A DNA stretch of 64,000 bases. It comes from Planctomycetota bacterium. Its GTDB lineage: Bacteria > Planctomycetota > B15-G4. The position numbers and the translations under genes were made by a program. The notes under the pieces were generated by a model. It worked only from the letters and a program-made list of their open reading frames with translations, was not told the DNA's origin and searched no databases. The DNA is taken from assembly GCA_038212275.1 (NCBI GenBank), contig JBBQUR010000003.1, forward strand, positions 32,001 through 96,000. Direction: 5' to 3'. This document shows, piece by piece, positions 1 through 9,300 of the stretch (its first letter is position 1; each line of letters opens with the position of its first letter).

Positions 1-725
1 ACGAGGAGCGCGGCCAGCACGGCATACGTGGCGTGCCCCTCGGCGGCCGTGGCCTCCGCGGGGCTGCCGAAGTACGCACGCGTGCCGCCGGCCTTCAGGA
101 AGTCGTCGCGTCCGGCCGCGATCGCCTCGACGAGGCTGATCGTCACCGGCGGCAGCGAGGCGGCGACGTCTGACTTCACCGCGTCCGGATCGTCGGCCAG
201 CACGAGCGAGCCTTCGTAGCGGCCCGCGTGGCAGGCGCCGCTGCGGAACTCATCGGTCAGGCGCTCCGCGCTGCGGCGCCGCGTGACGTCCGGAAACGCG
301 ATGACCGCGCCGGTCTCGGTGGTGACGGCCTCACACGCAAGCTTCAAGCTCGCGATGTGCGCCGGCTCGAGGTGCCCGTTCGCGAGGGCCACCGGCGCGA
401 AGCCGGCGCGCACGACGCCGACGAGCACGTCGCGCACCAGTGCAATGGCGGTGTCGCGGCGCACCGAGAGCGTGCCCGGAAACGGCGCCGCGTAATCCGT
501 CACGGAGTACGTCACGGGAGGCAGCACCACGCAGGCACGTCCCTCCGCACGCAACCTCTCCGCCGCGCGCGTCGCCATGCCCAGCGCGATGGTGACATCG
601 GTGTCCAGCGGCAGGTGCGGGCCGTGCGCCTCCGTGGAACCCACCGGGAGGATCGCCGCACAGCCGCCCGGCCGCGCGAGCAGCGCCGCGACGTCGGTGT
701 AGGAGAGCTTGGCGAAGTCGGTCAC
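1..725 (-). CDS. Creatininase/creatinine amidohydrolase-family protein (3' end runs off the window)
   Basis: Translated by hand; absent from the ORF track. GTG at 725 overlaps the upstream TGA (GTGA). Reads MTDFAKLSYTDVAALLARPGGCAAILPVGSTEAHGPHLPLDTD, the PxGSxExHGxHLPxxTD signature; later NAHW..H and GHLEPAH. Confidence 0.85.
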   Translation of the reverse strand, partial: MTDFAKLSYTDVAALLARPGGCAAILPVGSTEAHGPHLPLDTDVTIALGMATRAAERLRAEGRACVVLPPVTYSVTDYAAPFPGTLSVRRDTAIALVRDVLVGVVRAGFAPVALANGHLEPAHIASLKLACEAVTTETGAVIAFPDVTRRRSAERLTDEFRSGACHAGRYEGSLVLADDPDAVKSDVAASLPPVTISLVEAIAAGRDDFLKAGGTRAYFGSPAEATAAEGHATYAVLAALL

Positions 726-2365
726 GCGTCCTGCCGCGCCTTGAGGGTCTTGCGATCCACCTTGCCGCGATCGCTCTTCGGCAGCTCGTCGAGGAACTCG
801 ATCCAGCGCGGGTATTTGTAGACGGCGAGCCTGCTCTTGACCCATTCCTGAAGCGCGTGGGAGAGCGCGTGCGTCGCGGCGACGTCCTTCGGCGCGTGGC
901 CGGGGCGCAGCACGACGAAGGCCTTGGGCTTCACGAGATCGTCCTTGTCGCGCCAGCCGACGACGGCGGCCTCGGCCACGGCCTCGTGCTCCAGCAGGCA
1001 GCCCTCGATCTCGTGCGGCGCGCACCACACGCCGCCCACCTTGAGCAGCTCGTCGGCGCGGCCCTCGTAGAAGAAGTAGCCGTCCGCGTCCACGCGGAAC
1101 ATGTCGCCCGTGACGACGAGGTCACCGGCGAAGGTCTCCTTGGATTTCTCGTGCGCCTGCCAGTAGCAGAGCGCGGAGGACTCGCCGCGCACCTGCAGCC
1201 GCCCGACCTGGCCCGCGGGCACCGGCCTGCCGTCCGGATCCACGACGGAACACTCGTAGCCGGGCACCGCCTGCCCGAGGCTGCCGACGCGCACCGCGCC
1301 GGGCCGGTTGCTGATGTGGATGTGGAAGAGCTCCGCGCTCCCGATGCCGTCGAGGATCTCCACGCCGCAGCGCGCCAGCCACTGCTTCTGCAGCGCCTCG
1401 GGCAGCTTCTCGCCGGCGGAGAGCACGAGGCGCACGCTCGAGAGGTCGCGTGCGCCGCCCTCGGCCTCCAGCGCGAGCATCTTGCCGATCATCGTCGGCA
1501 CGGAGGTGAGGATGGTGGGGCGGTAGCGCTCGACGACGTCGAAAATGGTCTCCGGAGTGCTGCGCTCGCTGAACAGCGCGGTGCTCGCGCCGACCGCGAA
1601 GGGGAACATGAGGTTGGTGCCCGTCGCATAGCCGAAGAAGAGCTTGGGCACGCCGGCCGTCACGTCGTCCTCGCGGATGCCGAGCACCTGCTTTGCGTAG
1701 GTCTCGACGTTGAAGGCGAAGTCCTCGTGGAAGTGCACTGCGGCCTTGGGCTTGCCGGTGCTGCCGGAGGTGAAGAGCCAGCCGGCGATGTCGTGGAGGT
1801 GCGTGTCCTCCATGACCGGCGTGTGCGGCGCGTGCGCGACGAGGTCGAGCAGCGCGTGCTGTCCGGCCTCGACGTGCGGCCGCGTGCGGCTGGTCTCGCC
1901 GCCCGCGACGATCACGGCGCGCAGGTGCCGCGCCGAGCGCGCCAGCCGCGCGAACATCGGCGCAAGGCTCTCGTCCACGACGGCGATGCGGGCCCGCGTG
2001 TACTCCAGGTAGTAGGCGTAGTCCTCCTCGACGAGCTGCGTGTTCACCATGGCGAAGACCGCGCCGCACTTGAGCGTCGCGAACCACGCGTGGCAGAACT
2101 CCGGCCGGTCGGAGACCGCGATGAGCACGCGTTCCTCCATGCGCAGACCGAGCTCGCGGAAGGCGTGTGCCAACCGGTTGCTCGCCGCGGAGAGTCCCGC
2201 ATAGGTGTGGTTCTCGTCGCGCCAGCGCAGCGCGACCTTCTCGGCGCGGCCCGCCTCGAGATTGTGTTCGAGCAGGTAGTGCGCGAGGTTGAAGCGCTCG
2301 GGGAAGGCGGGCAGCGCGGGTGCGGCCGATGCCGCAGGCGTGCGTGGCGCGTCGGGCCGGGTCAT
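722..2365 (-). CDS. Benzoate-CoA ligase family aryl-CoA ligase (possibly anthranilate/2-aminobenzoate-CoA ligase)
   Basis: FTSGSTGKPK AMP-binding loop; KLFFGYATG and DGIGSAELFHI resemble benzoate-CoA-ligase motifs; C-terminal YKYPRWIEF..LPKSDRGK. Confidence 0.85.
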   Translation of the reverse strand: MTRPDAPRTPAASAAPALPAFPERFNLAHYLLEHNLEAGRAEKVALRWRDENHTYAGLSAASNRLAHAFRELGLRMEERVLIAVSDRPEFCHAWFATLKCGAVFAMVNTQLVEEDYAYYLEYTRARIAVVDESLAPMFARLARSARHLRAVIVAGGETSRTRPHVEAGQHALLDLVAHAPHTPVMEDTHLHDIAGWLFTSGSTGKPKAAVHFHEDFAFNVETYAKQVLGIREDDVTAGVPKLFFGYATGTNLMFPFAVGASTALFSERSTPETIFDVVERYRPTILTSVPTMIGKMLALEAEGGARDLSSVRLVLSAGEKLPEALQKQWLARCGVEILDGIGSAELFHIHISNRPGAVRVGSLGQAVPGYECSVVDPDGRPVPAGQVGRLQVRGESSALCYWQAHEKSKETFAGDLVVTGDMFRVDADGYFFYEGRADELLKVGGVWCAPHEIEGCLLEHEAVAEAAVVGWRDKDDLVKPKAFVVLRPGHAPKDVAATHALSHALQEWVKSRLAVYKYPRWIEFLDELPKSDRGKVDRKTLKARQDA

Positions 2366-2366
2366 C

Positions 2367-3206
2367 TCAGGCCTCCAGCACCGTGCGGACGGCCCACAGG
2401 TCGGGCAAGGCCTGACGCGAGAGCGTGGTGAGCAGGTAGCGGATGCCGTCCAGGTCTCCGGTGACGCCCTTGCCGGTGCCGGGCTTCGCGCCGATCTGCC
2501 GCTCGACCATCATGATGTGGTGCCGGCGCCAGAGCACGAGCTGCTCGTCGATGTCCACGAGCGCCTCGCACAGGTCGTAGAGCGCGGGGTGATCGTCGGG
2601 CTGCTCGTAGATGCGACGCAACGCGTCGAGCGAGGCGTTCTTCTGCGCTTCGGTGCGGTGATCGTCCGGCGGCGTGACGGTGAAGCCGCGCGCGCGCAGC
2701 AGGCGGTAGAGCGCGTCGGGAATCGTGTCGCCGTCGAAGCGCGCCTGCAGCGCGGCGATGCGCGGGTCGCTTTCGACGCGGCGGACGAGGTCCGCATCCT
2801 TGAGGCCCATGAGGCACTCGACCTCGCGGAATTGCGCCGACTGGAAACCGCTGGCCGGGTTGAGCTGCGCGCGGAAGTCCAGGAAGTCCGCGGGGCGCAT
2901 CGACTCCAGCACGTGGATCTGCTGCACGAGCACCTTGAAGATGGACTCCACGCGCTTCAGCAGGCGCGTGGCCGTGCGCAGCGGCGTGTCGTCCTCGGTC
3001 TCGGCGGCGGCATCGAGCGCGGCCTTCACGGCATCCAGTTCATGCAGGACGAGCTTGAACCACAGCTCGTAGACCTGATGCACGATGATGAACTGCAGCT
3101 CGTCGTGCGCCGGCGGGTTGGCCAGGGTGTGCTGAAGGCGGAGCAGCTCCGGCACCTTGAGGTAGACGGAGTAGCTGACGCGCGCGTCCTTGCCGTAGTC
3201 GGTCAC
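2367..3206 (-). CDS. kynA: Tryptophan 2,3-dioxygenase
   Basis: Y..YLKVPELL, HDELQFIIVHQVYELWFK, ASGFQSAQFRE and WR..H..MVERQIG.KPGTG are TDO motifs. Confidence 0.92.
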   Translation of the reverse strand: MTDYGKDARVSYSVYLKVPELLRLQHTLANPPAHDELQFIIVHQVYELWFKLVLHELDAVKAALDAAAETEDDTPLRTATRLLKRVESIFKVLVQQIHVLESMRPADFLDFRAQLNPASGFQSAQFREVECLMGLKDADLVRRVESDPRIAALQARFDGDTIPDALYRLLRARGFTVTPPDDHRTEAQKNASLDALRRIYEQPDDHPALYDLCEALVDIDEQLVLWRRHHIMMVERQIGAKPGTGKGVTGDLDGIRYLLTTLSRQALPDLWAVRTVLEA

Positions 3207-3207
3207 A

Positions 3208-3265
3208 TCGGTTCTCGCGGGGAGGCAGAACCGACGTTGTCGCCCCGCGCCGCGGGGGCTGTCAA
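3208..3265 (-). promoter_or_regulatory. Putative kynA promoter (-35 TTGACA) and leader inverted repeat
   Basis: TTGACA on the minus strand at 3260-3265. 8-bp inverted repeat TCGGTTCT (3208-3215)/AGAACCGA (3227-3234) lies just upstream of the start. The -10 box is weak. Confidence 0.35.
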
Positions 3266-3279
3266 GGAGCGCTCACGCC

Positions 3280-4488
3280 TCACGGGCCGGTCGGGTAGAT
3301 GTACTCTCCGTTCGGCAGCACGAGCCACGTCTTCTGCTCGGGGTCGTTCTTCCACTTCGCCGCTTCGGCCAGGCCTTCGGCCGTGCATGCGGGGAGGCCC
3401 AGCATCTTGCCGGCGATGAGCATCGAACGCACCTCCCACGGTCCCAGATACGACTCCGTCACGATGCCTGCGGGCGTCAGGTCGTACCAGGTCGCGACCT
3501 TGTCCACCGTGCACGCCTTGCCGGGCACGAGCGATTGCAGCAGCGCCAGCTTCTGCGACTGGACCTTGAGGGCGACGATGATCGCCTGCTGGTATTCCCC
3601 GGGCGGCATGATCACGGCCAGGTCGAAGAGCGCCGGCATCGCCCAGCAGACGGAGTTGTAGACCTGCAGTTCGCCGCCCTTGCTCGGGTCGTTCGACGGC
3701 GGCGTGCTCCAGTGCGGGAGGAGACGCGACCAGATGTAGTCGCCGATGGTCTGCGCGTCGGCCATGTCGATGCTGCCGACCTTCAGCGCCGCGACCACGT
3801 TGCCCACGAGGTACCGCGCCGCGCGATCGCTGACGACGTAGGGCGTGAGCGCGCCGTTGGCGTTGCGCAACATGCCGGCGTGAGCGGCCATGAGGCTGCG
3901 CACCATGGCGCGCGCGACCTCGTTGGAGGGGAGGCCGCCGGAGAAGCCGGGCGTCGCCGTCGAGTAGCCGTTGCTGCGCGCGACCGCGATCAGCGGCGAG
4001 AGGGCGAAGTGCTCGAGGTCGAAGCCCGACACGGCCACGCCGGCGACCAGCTGGGAACCATCGGGCAGGGCACCCGCTTCGAGATCCGGCAACCAGTCGA
4101 TCGGCCGGCAGCCGACGACGTAGCTCGTGAACCGCGCCGGCGCGTGCTCGTAGTAGGCCGGCCGCGCGCCGTAGTTGGCCACGACAGCACGGATCCAATC
4201 CGGCGTGAGGAGATGGTCATGGCGCCATCCATAGGCCGACTGTCCGCCCGTGTCCGACGCCGTGACGTGCATGCCGCCGAGGGTCCACGCGAGCGACCCG
4301 GTCGGAATGCCCTGCGCGAGTGACAGCGCGCTGAAGGTCGGATTGATCGAAGTCCATGTTGTTGCCGAGCCCGCACTCGAAGCGCCCGGATTCTGCGCGT
4401 TGAGATCGACGACGGTGAGCGCAACCGCCGCGATGAGCGTCATCCCGAGACCTGAGCGGCGCAGCAGAGCGGATCCCGCGCGCTGCAT
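3280..4488 (-). CDS. Hypothetical secreted protein
   Basis: Long ORF with normal protein composition (rich in W/Y/N/K, unlike shadow ORFs). Signal-peptide-like MQRAGSALLRRSGLGMTLIAAVALTVVDLNA-Q. Start uncertain (4443, 4488 or 4575). Confidence 0.65.
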   Translation of the reverse strand: MQRAGSALLRRSGLGMTLIAAVALTVVDLNAQNPGASSAGSATTWTSINPTFSALSLAQGIPTGSLAWTLGGMHVTASDTGGQSAYGWRHDHLLTPDWIRAVVANYGARPAYYEHAPARFTSYVVGCRPIDWLPDLEAGALPDGSQLVAGVAVSGFDLEHFALSPLIAVARSNGYSTATPGFSGGLPSNEVARAMVRSLMAAHAGMLRNANGALTPYVVSDRAARYLVGNVVAALKVGSIDMADAQTIGDYIWSRLLPHWSTPPSNDPSKGGELQVYNSVCWAMPALFDLAVIMPPGEYQQAIIVALKVQSQKLALLQSLVPGKACTVDKVATWYDLTPAGIVTESYLGPWEVRSMLIAGKMLGLPACTAEGLAEAAKWKNDPEQKTWLVLPNGEYIYPTGP

Positions 4489-4717
4489 CCGTTTCGCTTT
4501 GCTCACCCATGATGGGCCGGCTGCCACCAAGTTCATTGCACTCTGATGGTCTGTTCGACGCCGGTCATTGGTCATGGTGCTACCGCCAGAGGTGCCTGTC
4601 GAATTCGTGACGCGCGGTAAACAACGAAGGCTGCGCAAGGGTGCGTGACAAAAAAATCTGCTGAGGCACTCGACCCGCAGTCACGCACCTGAAGCGAGCG
4701 CATGCGTCGATGCGTCC

Positions 4718-7700
4718 TCAGTCTCTCCGCAGCGCGACGAGCCGGAACGCTGCTGGGGCGGCTCCCTCCGCGAGGCGGAAGGCGATGCTGCCAGAAGTCG
4801 CAGCGGCATCCGTGAGAGCGGCCGTCTCCACGCCGTTGAGGACGACGCGCAGCTGCGCCCCGCGCGCCTCGATGAGCAGGTGGTTCCAGCTCGCGCGCGC
4901 CAGCTCCGGGCGCCACATCGCGCTGTCCGATGCGACCCGCGTGCCGGTGCCTTCGTCGCTCAGCGAGCCCCACGACTCGCCGCCGATCTCGACGAGCTCG
5001 CCCACGGAACCCGCACCATGGGGCGCGGCCTCCGCACACCGCACGGCAATACCTCCGCTGCCGTCGTGAAGCAGCACCTCGCACTCGAAGCAGAAGTCGC
5101 CGGTGACGAAGGGCGAGACCAGCGATGTCCCGGCCGGGACGCCGTCGCCTGGCGCGCTGTCGACTGGCGCGCTGTCGACCGGCGCGCTGTTGACCGGCGC
5201 GCTGTTGACCGGCGCGTTGGCCATCGGCGCGTTGGCGAGCGGCTCGCAGAGCAGCACGCCGCCTCTCGCGGACCAGATCCCTGCATCGCCTCGCCAACCG
5301 CCGAGTCCCTCGGTGAAGAGCGGCTCCCAGGCGGATCGCTCGGGCGGCGCGACTGCCTCGGCCGCCAGCAGGCAGGCGGCCAGGTCAGCGATCGCTCGCA
5401 GCGACCAGCCGTCCAGGAGTCCCTCGGGCATGGCCGAGGCACGCGAAAGGCGCCGTTCGTCGATCTCGGCCGTGGGCACGCGGACCGTCTCGCCGGTCGA
5501 GGTGAGCAGCTGCACCGACGCTCCGTCGTCGCGCAGCAGCAGTCCCTGCACGACGCGCCCGTCCTTCGTGAACACCTGCGTGGAGCGGTACTGGTCCGAG
5601 ATGTCGCGCGAGGGATCCATGATCGCCGTGAGCAGGTCGGACAGTCCGAGCCGCGAGCCCACCGAGGACAGGTCCGGGCCGCCGGCATGCCCGCGCCCGC
5701 CGCGCACATGGCACGCGGCGCAGGACTGGCTGAAGACGAAGGCTCCCTCCGAAGCGGAGCGTTCCGGCGCATCGAGCGCATTGCGGACGAAGGCCAGCGT
5801 GCGCGGCAGGTCGCGCCTCGGCGCATCGTGCGCGATGCGGATCGTCGTCGCGTGATCCGGCTCGGCGCTGCCTGCGTGCGCCTCGTCGCGCAGCGCCTCG
5901 CGCGCCTCGGCGGGCGCCGCGTCGAGCAGCCGGCGCTCGATCGCGTCGAGGTAGCCCTGGTAACTCGCGCCGCCGGGGCGGCTGCGGAGCGTCGTGAGTC
6001 GTGCCAGCGCGGCGCGCGTCCGTGCCGCGTCGGCGCCGGAGCGCAGCGACGACAGGCAGAGCAGCAGGTGGGCGGCTTCCTCCGGCGAGTCCTCGTCGTC
6101 CAGCGCGGCGAGCAGAGCATCGCGCGCGCCCTCCGGTTCCGTGCGTGCCAGCAGCGCGGCCAGCTCGCGGTCGAGCTCCGGCGATCCGGACGGAAAGTGG
6201 GGCAGCAGCGCCGCGCCGAGCGCGGGATCGGGCGGCTGATCCTCACCGGCCAGGGTGTCGGGCACGCCGACGAGCAGTGACAGCTCGAGTGCCCGGGCCG
6301 CGATCAGCCGCGTGGGCGTCGGAAGCTCGGGGGCGAGCAGAGTCAGCGACAGCGCGCGGCAGCGCGAGGTCGGCGGCGCCGCCGATGAGGAGCCGTCGGC
6401 CTTCCCGGCCGCCGCATCGCGAAGCTCCTGCCGGGCCAGGACCACGAGCGCCTCGGCGCGCACCGCAGCACGCGGGTCGGCGCTCGCCACGCCCTCCACC
6501 TCCGCGACGGGCCGGTGCTCGAGCGCCCGCGCCGCGAGATGGCGCACCACTCGGTCGGGGCTCTCCAGGGCGTCGGCCAGCGCGTCGAGCGGCGTCGCCG
6601 TCGTGAACACCGGTGCGCGCGCGGCGGCGACGAAGCGCGTTGCGCCCGCGGCTGCGGCAGCTTCCGGCGCAGCGGAGGTCGCGACCTGTTCCGGCGCTCG
6701 CGCGGGGTCGGCGCGCAGCCGCAGCAGCGCACCCTGCGTGCCACGTCCACCCACGGACAGGAGCAGAGCGCCGCCGGCCTCGAAGGCCAGGTCCGTGACC
6801 GGCATCGGACGACCGGACAGCAGCACTTCGGAGCGGCCGCGAGAGCTGCAGCCATCCGGCGACAGGTGCACGGCGAGCACCTTGCCTTGCGACCAGTCGC
6901 ACAGCAGCAGAGTGTCCTTCCAGCGCGGCCCGAGTGCCGCCGAGTCGCACCACAGCACGCCGGTCGGCGAACCACGGCCCGTCTCGAGCACGGGCGGCAG
7001 CGAGTCCGGATACCACGCGGGCCATTTGGCGGAGCCCGTGCGCCAGCCGTAGTCGCCGCCTGGCAGCACGTGCACGACGCGCACCGCGCGGTACCACGGC
7101 AGGCCGATGTCCCACTCCATGTCGGAGTCGAAGGTGAAGAGGTCACCGGACGGGGAGAAGGCAAGGTCGTAGGCGTTGCGATAGCCGGCGGAGAACAACT
7201 CGAAGCGACCGGTCTGCATGTCGTACGAGAAGATCGTGCCGCCGGGCGCGGTGACCTCGTTGGCGTGACCGTTCGGGTCGAGCAGGCGCGGAATGACGGC
7301 GCCCTCGTACACGAGTCTGTACGGCGAGGACTCCGCAGCCGGCGCACCGAGTCTCACGTGGTTGCCGAGCGTGAGCCACAGCCGCCCGTCGGGGCCGGGC
7401 AGCACGGCGTGCGGTCCGTGCTCGCCGGCCGAACCGGTGATCGGTGCGACGAGATGCGCGTGGCGCGGCCCGTCGTCGGCGGGCAGCCGGTAGAAGCCGA
7501 GGCCGTCGGGGCCGATGCCGGTGGCCCACGCCTCGTCGCCGACGAAGCACAGACCCTGGCAGGCGCGCAGTTCGTCGCAGAAGACGGTGCTGCGCTCGTA
7601 GCGGCCGTCGCCGTCGTCGTCGTGCAGCGCGAGCAGGCCGCCGCTCTCAACGGAGACGACGGGCTCGCCGCGCGGGCTCATCGTGAAGGCGATGAGCGAG

Positions 7701-8269
7701 CCGAAGCCCGACGCGGCCTCCTCGCACAGCAGCCCCGCGGCGGGGACGAGGTGGCGGTCGGCCGGCGCCTCCGCGTGACGGCCGCTGAAGTCGAGCTTGC
7801 CCCACGGTGCGGCGCCGTATGGCGCGAGGACGTGCGCCGGCACGTCGGGTGCACGCGTCGTCGCATCGGTGCGGAACACGGTGACGCCGTCCGCGACGAG
7901 GAAGCAGAGGAGAGCCGCGGGCCCTCCGTCGTTTCGCGCGTCGATGGTCAGCGTGTTGCGGCCCTCGACCAGGTGCGACGCGACGTCCGCGAGCACCGGC
8001 TCTTGCCACTCGTCGGTGTGCGCGACGAGCGCGCCGTTGAGGTGCACGTCGGCGTGGTTGTCGGCAGACAGCGCGAGCTGCGCCTTCGCGGGAGCACTCT
8101 CCAGCGTGAACTCCGCTGCGAACGACGCGTGGCCCGCCGGTTCGCCCGTCGAGGTGGGCGCGCTCCAGATCCACTGCGCGCCGTCCGGCACCTGCGCCGC
8201 CAGCGGCGCGATCCCGGAAAGCAGTCCGCATGCCAGCAGGGCCGGGAGAGCGTCGCCGATGTGATGCAT
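4718..8269 (-). CDS. PVC-type heme-binding CxxCH protein (sugar-binding-like N domain, sorbosone-dehydrogenase-like propeller, HEAT repeats, cytochrome c, DUF1080-like C domain)
   Basis: Signal peptide; AQWIW..SADN..V.LNG; GEHGPH, GYRNAYD, FTFDSDMEWD.G.PWYR, G.GSPTG; CAACH..G.G..GPDLS and distal SAMPEGL; C-terminal W.PLF..WNH..I..G..V.LNG. Confidence 0.85.
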   Translation of the reverse strand: MHHIGDALPALLACGLLSGIAPLAAQVPDGAQWIWSAPTSTGEPAGHASFAAEFTLESAPAKAQLALSADNHADVHLNGALVAHTDEWQEPVLADVASHLVEGRNTLTIDARNDGGPAALLCFLVADGVTVFRTDATTRAPDVPAHVLAPYGAAPWGKLDFSGRHAEAPADRHLVPAAGLLCEEAASGFGSLIAFTMSPRGEPVVSVESGGLLALHDDDGDGRYERSTVFCDELRACQGLCFVGDEAWATGIGPDGLGFYRLPADDGPRHAHLVAPITGSAGEHGPHAVLPGPDGRLWLTLGNHVRLGAPAAESSPYRLVYEGAVIPRLLDPNGHANEVTAPGGTIFSYDMQTGRFELFSAGYRNAYDLAFSPSGDLFTFDSDMEWDIGLPWYRAVRVVHVLPGGDYGWRTGSAKWPAWYPDSLPPVLETGRGSPTGVLWCDSAALGPRWKDTLLLCDWSQGKVLAVHLSPDGCSSRGRSEVLLSGRPMPVTDLAFEAGGALLLSVGGRGTQGALLRLRADPARAPEQVATSAAPEAAAAAGATRFVAAARAPVFTTATPLDALADALESPDRVVRHLAARALEHRPVAEVEGVASADPRAAVRAEALVVLARQELRDAAAGKADGSSSAAPPTSRCRALSLTLLAPELPTPTRLIAARALELSLLVGVPDTLAGEDQPPDPALGAALLPHFPSGSPELDRELAALLARTEPEGARDALLAALDDEDSPEEAAHLLLCLSSLRSGADAARTRAALARLTTLRSRPGGASYQGYLDAIERRLLDAAPAEAREALRDEAHAGSAEPDHATTIRIAHDAPRRDLPRTLAFVRNALDAPERSASEGAFVFSQSCAACHVRGGRGHAGGPDLSSVGSRLGLSDLLTAIMDPSRDISDQYRSTQVFTKDGRVVQGLLLRDDGASVQLLTSTGETVRVPTAEIDERRLSRASAMPEGLLDGWSLRAIADLAACLLAAEAVAPPERSAWEPLFTEGLGGWRGDAGIWSARGGVLLCEPLANAPMANAPVNSAPVNSAPVDSAPVDSAPGDGVPAGTSLVSPFVTGDFCFECEVLLHDGSGGIAVRCAEAAPHGAGSVGELVEIGGESWGSLSDEGTGTRVASDSAMWRPELARASWNHLLIEARGAQLRVVLNGVETAALTDAAATSGSIAFRLAEGAAPAAFRLVALRRD
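5146..5236 (-). repeat. In-frame 15-bp tandem repeat (NAPMA-NAPVN-SAPVN-SAPVD-SAPVD-SAPGD)
   Basis: ggcgcgctgtcgac/ggcgcgctgttgacc units are visible in the DNA. Confidence 0.85.
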
Positions 8270-8349
8270 GGCGCGGCAGTGTAAGGGAAGGCCAGCGCGC
8301 GTCGGGACCGGCACCTGACATCCGGTCGCTGACCCGCGATGATCGGAGC

Positions 8350-9120
8350 ATGGCCAGCCGACCGCGCGCGCTCCTCATCCACAGCGGCGGGCTTTCGTCG
8401 CGGCAGTGGCGGCGGCTTGCAGAAACCCTCGCGCCGACGCACGCGGTGCTGGCGCCGGATCTCCTCGGCTACGGCACGGCCGGCGCGTGGGCCGCGGGCG
8501 CGCCGTTCCACTTCCGGCAGGACGTCGAGCGCCTCGCCGGCATGCTGCTCGCGGACGACGGGACGGTGGACGTCGTCGGCCACTCCTACGGCGGGCTGCT
8601 CGCGCTGAAGCTGGCGCTCGCGCACCCGCCCGCGGTGCGCTCGCTCTCGCTCTACGAGCCGGTCGCGTTCGGCATCCTCGACGCGCGCGCCGATGCCGAC
8701 GCGCTCGCCGAGCTTGAGCGCGTCGCGCACCGCTACGTCCCGGACGCCGACGGCGCCGACGACGCGTGGCTGGAGCATTTCGTGGACTGGTGGAACGGCG
8801 CCGGCACCTGGGCCGGGCTGCCGGCCGCCATGCGTGCCGGTTTCCACGCCGTGTCGTGGAAGCTGTATCAGGAGGTCACCTCGCTGCGTGCGGACCGCAC
8901 CGACGCCGCGACGTTCGGCACGATCGCCGCGCCGACGCTGCTGCTCGGCGGCGCGCTCACGCCGCTGCCCGCGCGCCGCGTGCTGCAACGCCTCGCGTCG
9001 GCGCTGCCGCACGCCACGCTGCACGAGTTGCCCGGCGTCGGCCACATGGGCCCGGTGTCGCACCCGGCGTTGGTGAACGATGCGATCGTCGCGCATGTTC
9101 GCGCGGCGTGGGACCGCTGA
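8350..9120 (+). CDS. Alpha/beta-fold hydrolase
   Basis: LLIHSGG, APDLLGYG, nucleophile elbow GHSYGG, C-terminal GVGHMGP; GGAG before ATG 8350. Confidence 0.88.
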   Translation: MASRPRALLIHSGGLSSRQWRRLAETLAPTHAVLAPDLLGYGTAGAWAAGAPFHFRQDVERLAGMLLADDGTVDVVGHSYGGLLALKLALAHPPAVRSLSLYEPVAFGILDARADADALAELERVAHRYVPDADGADDAWLEHFVDWWNGAGTWAGLPAAMRAGFHAVSWKLYQEVTSLRADRTDAATFGTIAAPTLLLGGALTPLPARRVLQRLASALPHATLHELPGVGHMGPVSHPALVNDAIVAHVRAAWDR

Positions 9121-9300
9121 GGTTGCGTGCGCTGCGCGGCACCGCTGAGTCGGTGTGCGGCGCGTGGCGCTCGGCGTTCGCGAGGCGCCGAGACTTGCGC
9201 GGCGCGACTTCGCGGCGGCTGTGCGGTTGGAGGCGCGGCACGTCGTGGAGCAGGGGAACGCGGTCTCCTGTCGGATCACGGCTGCGGAAAGGCAGGCAAC

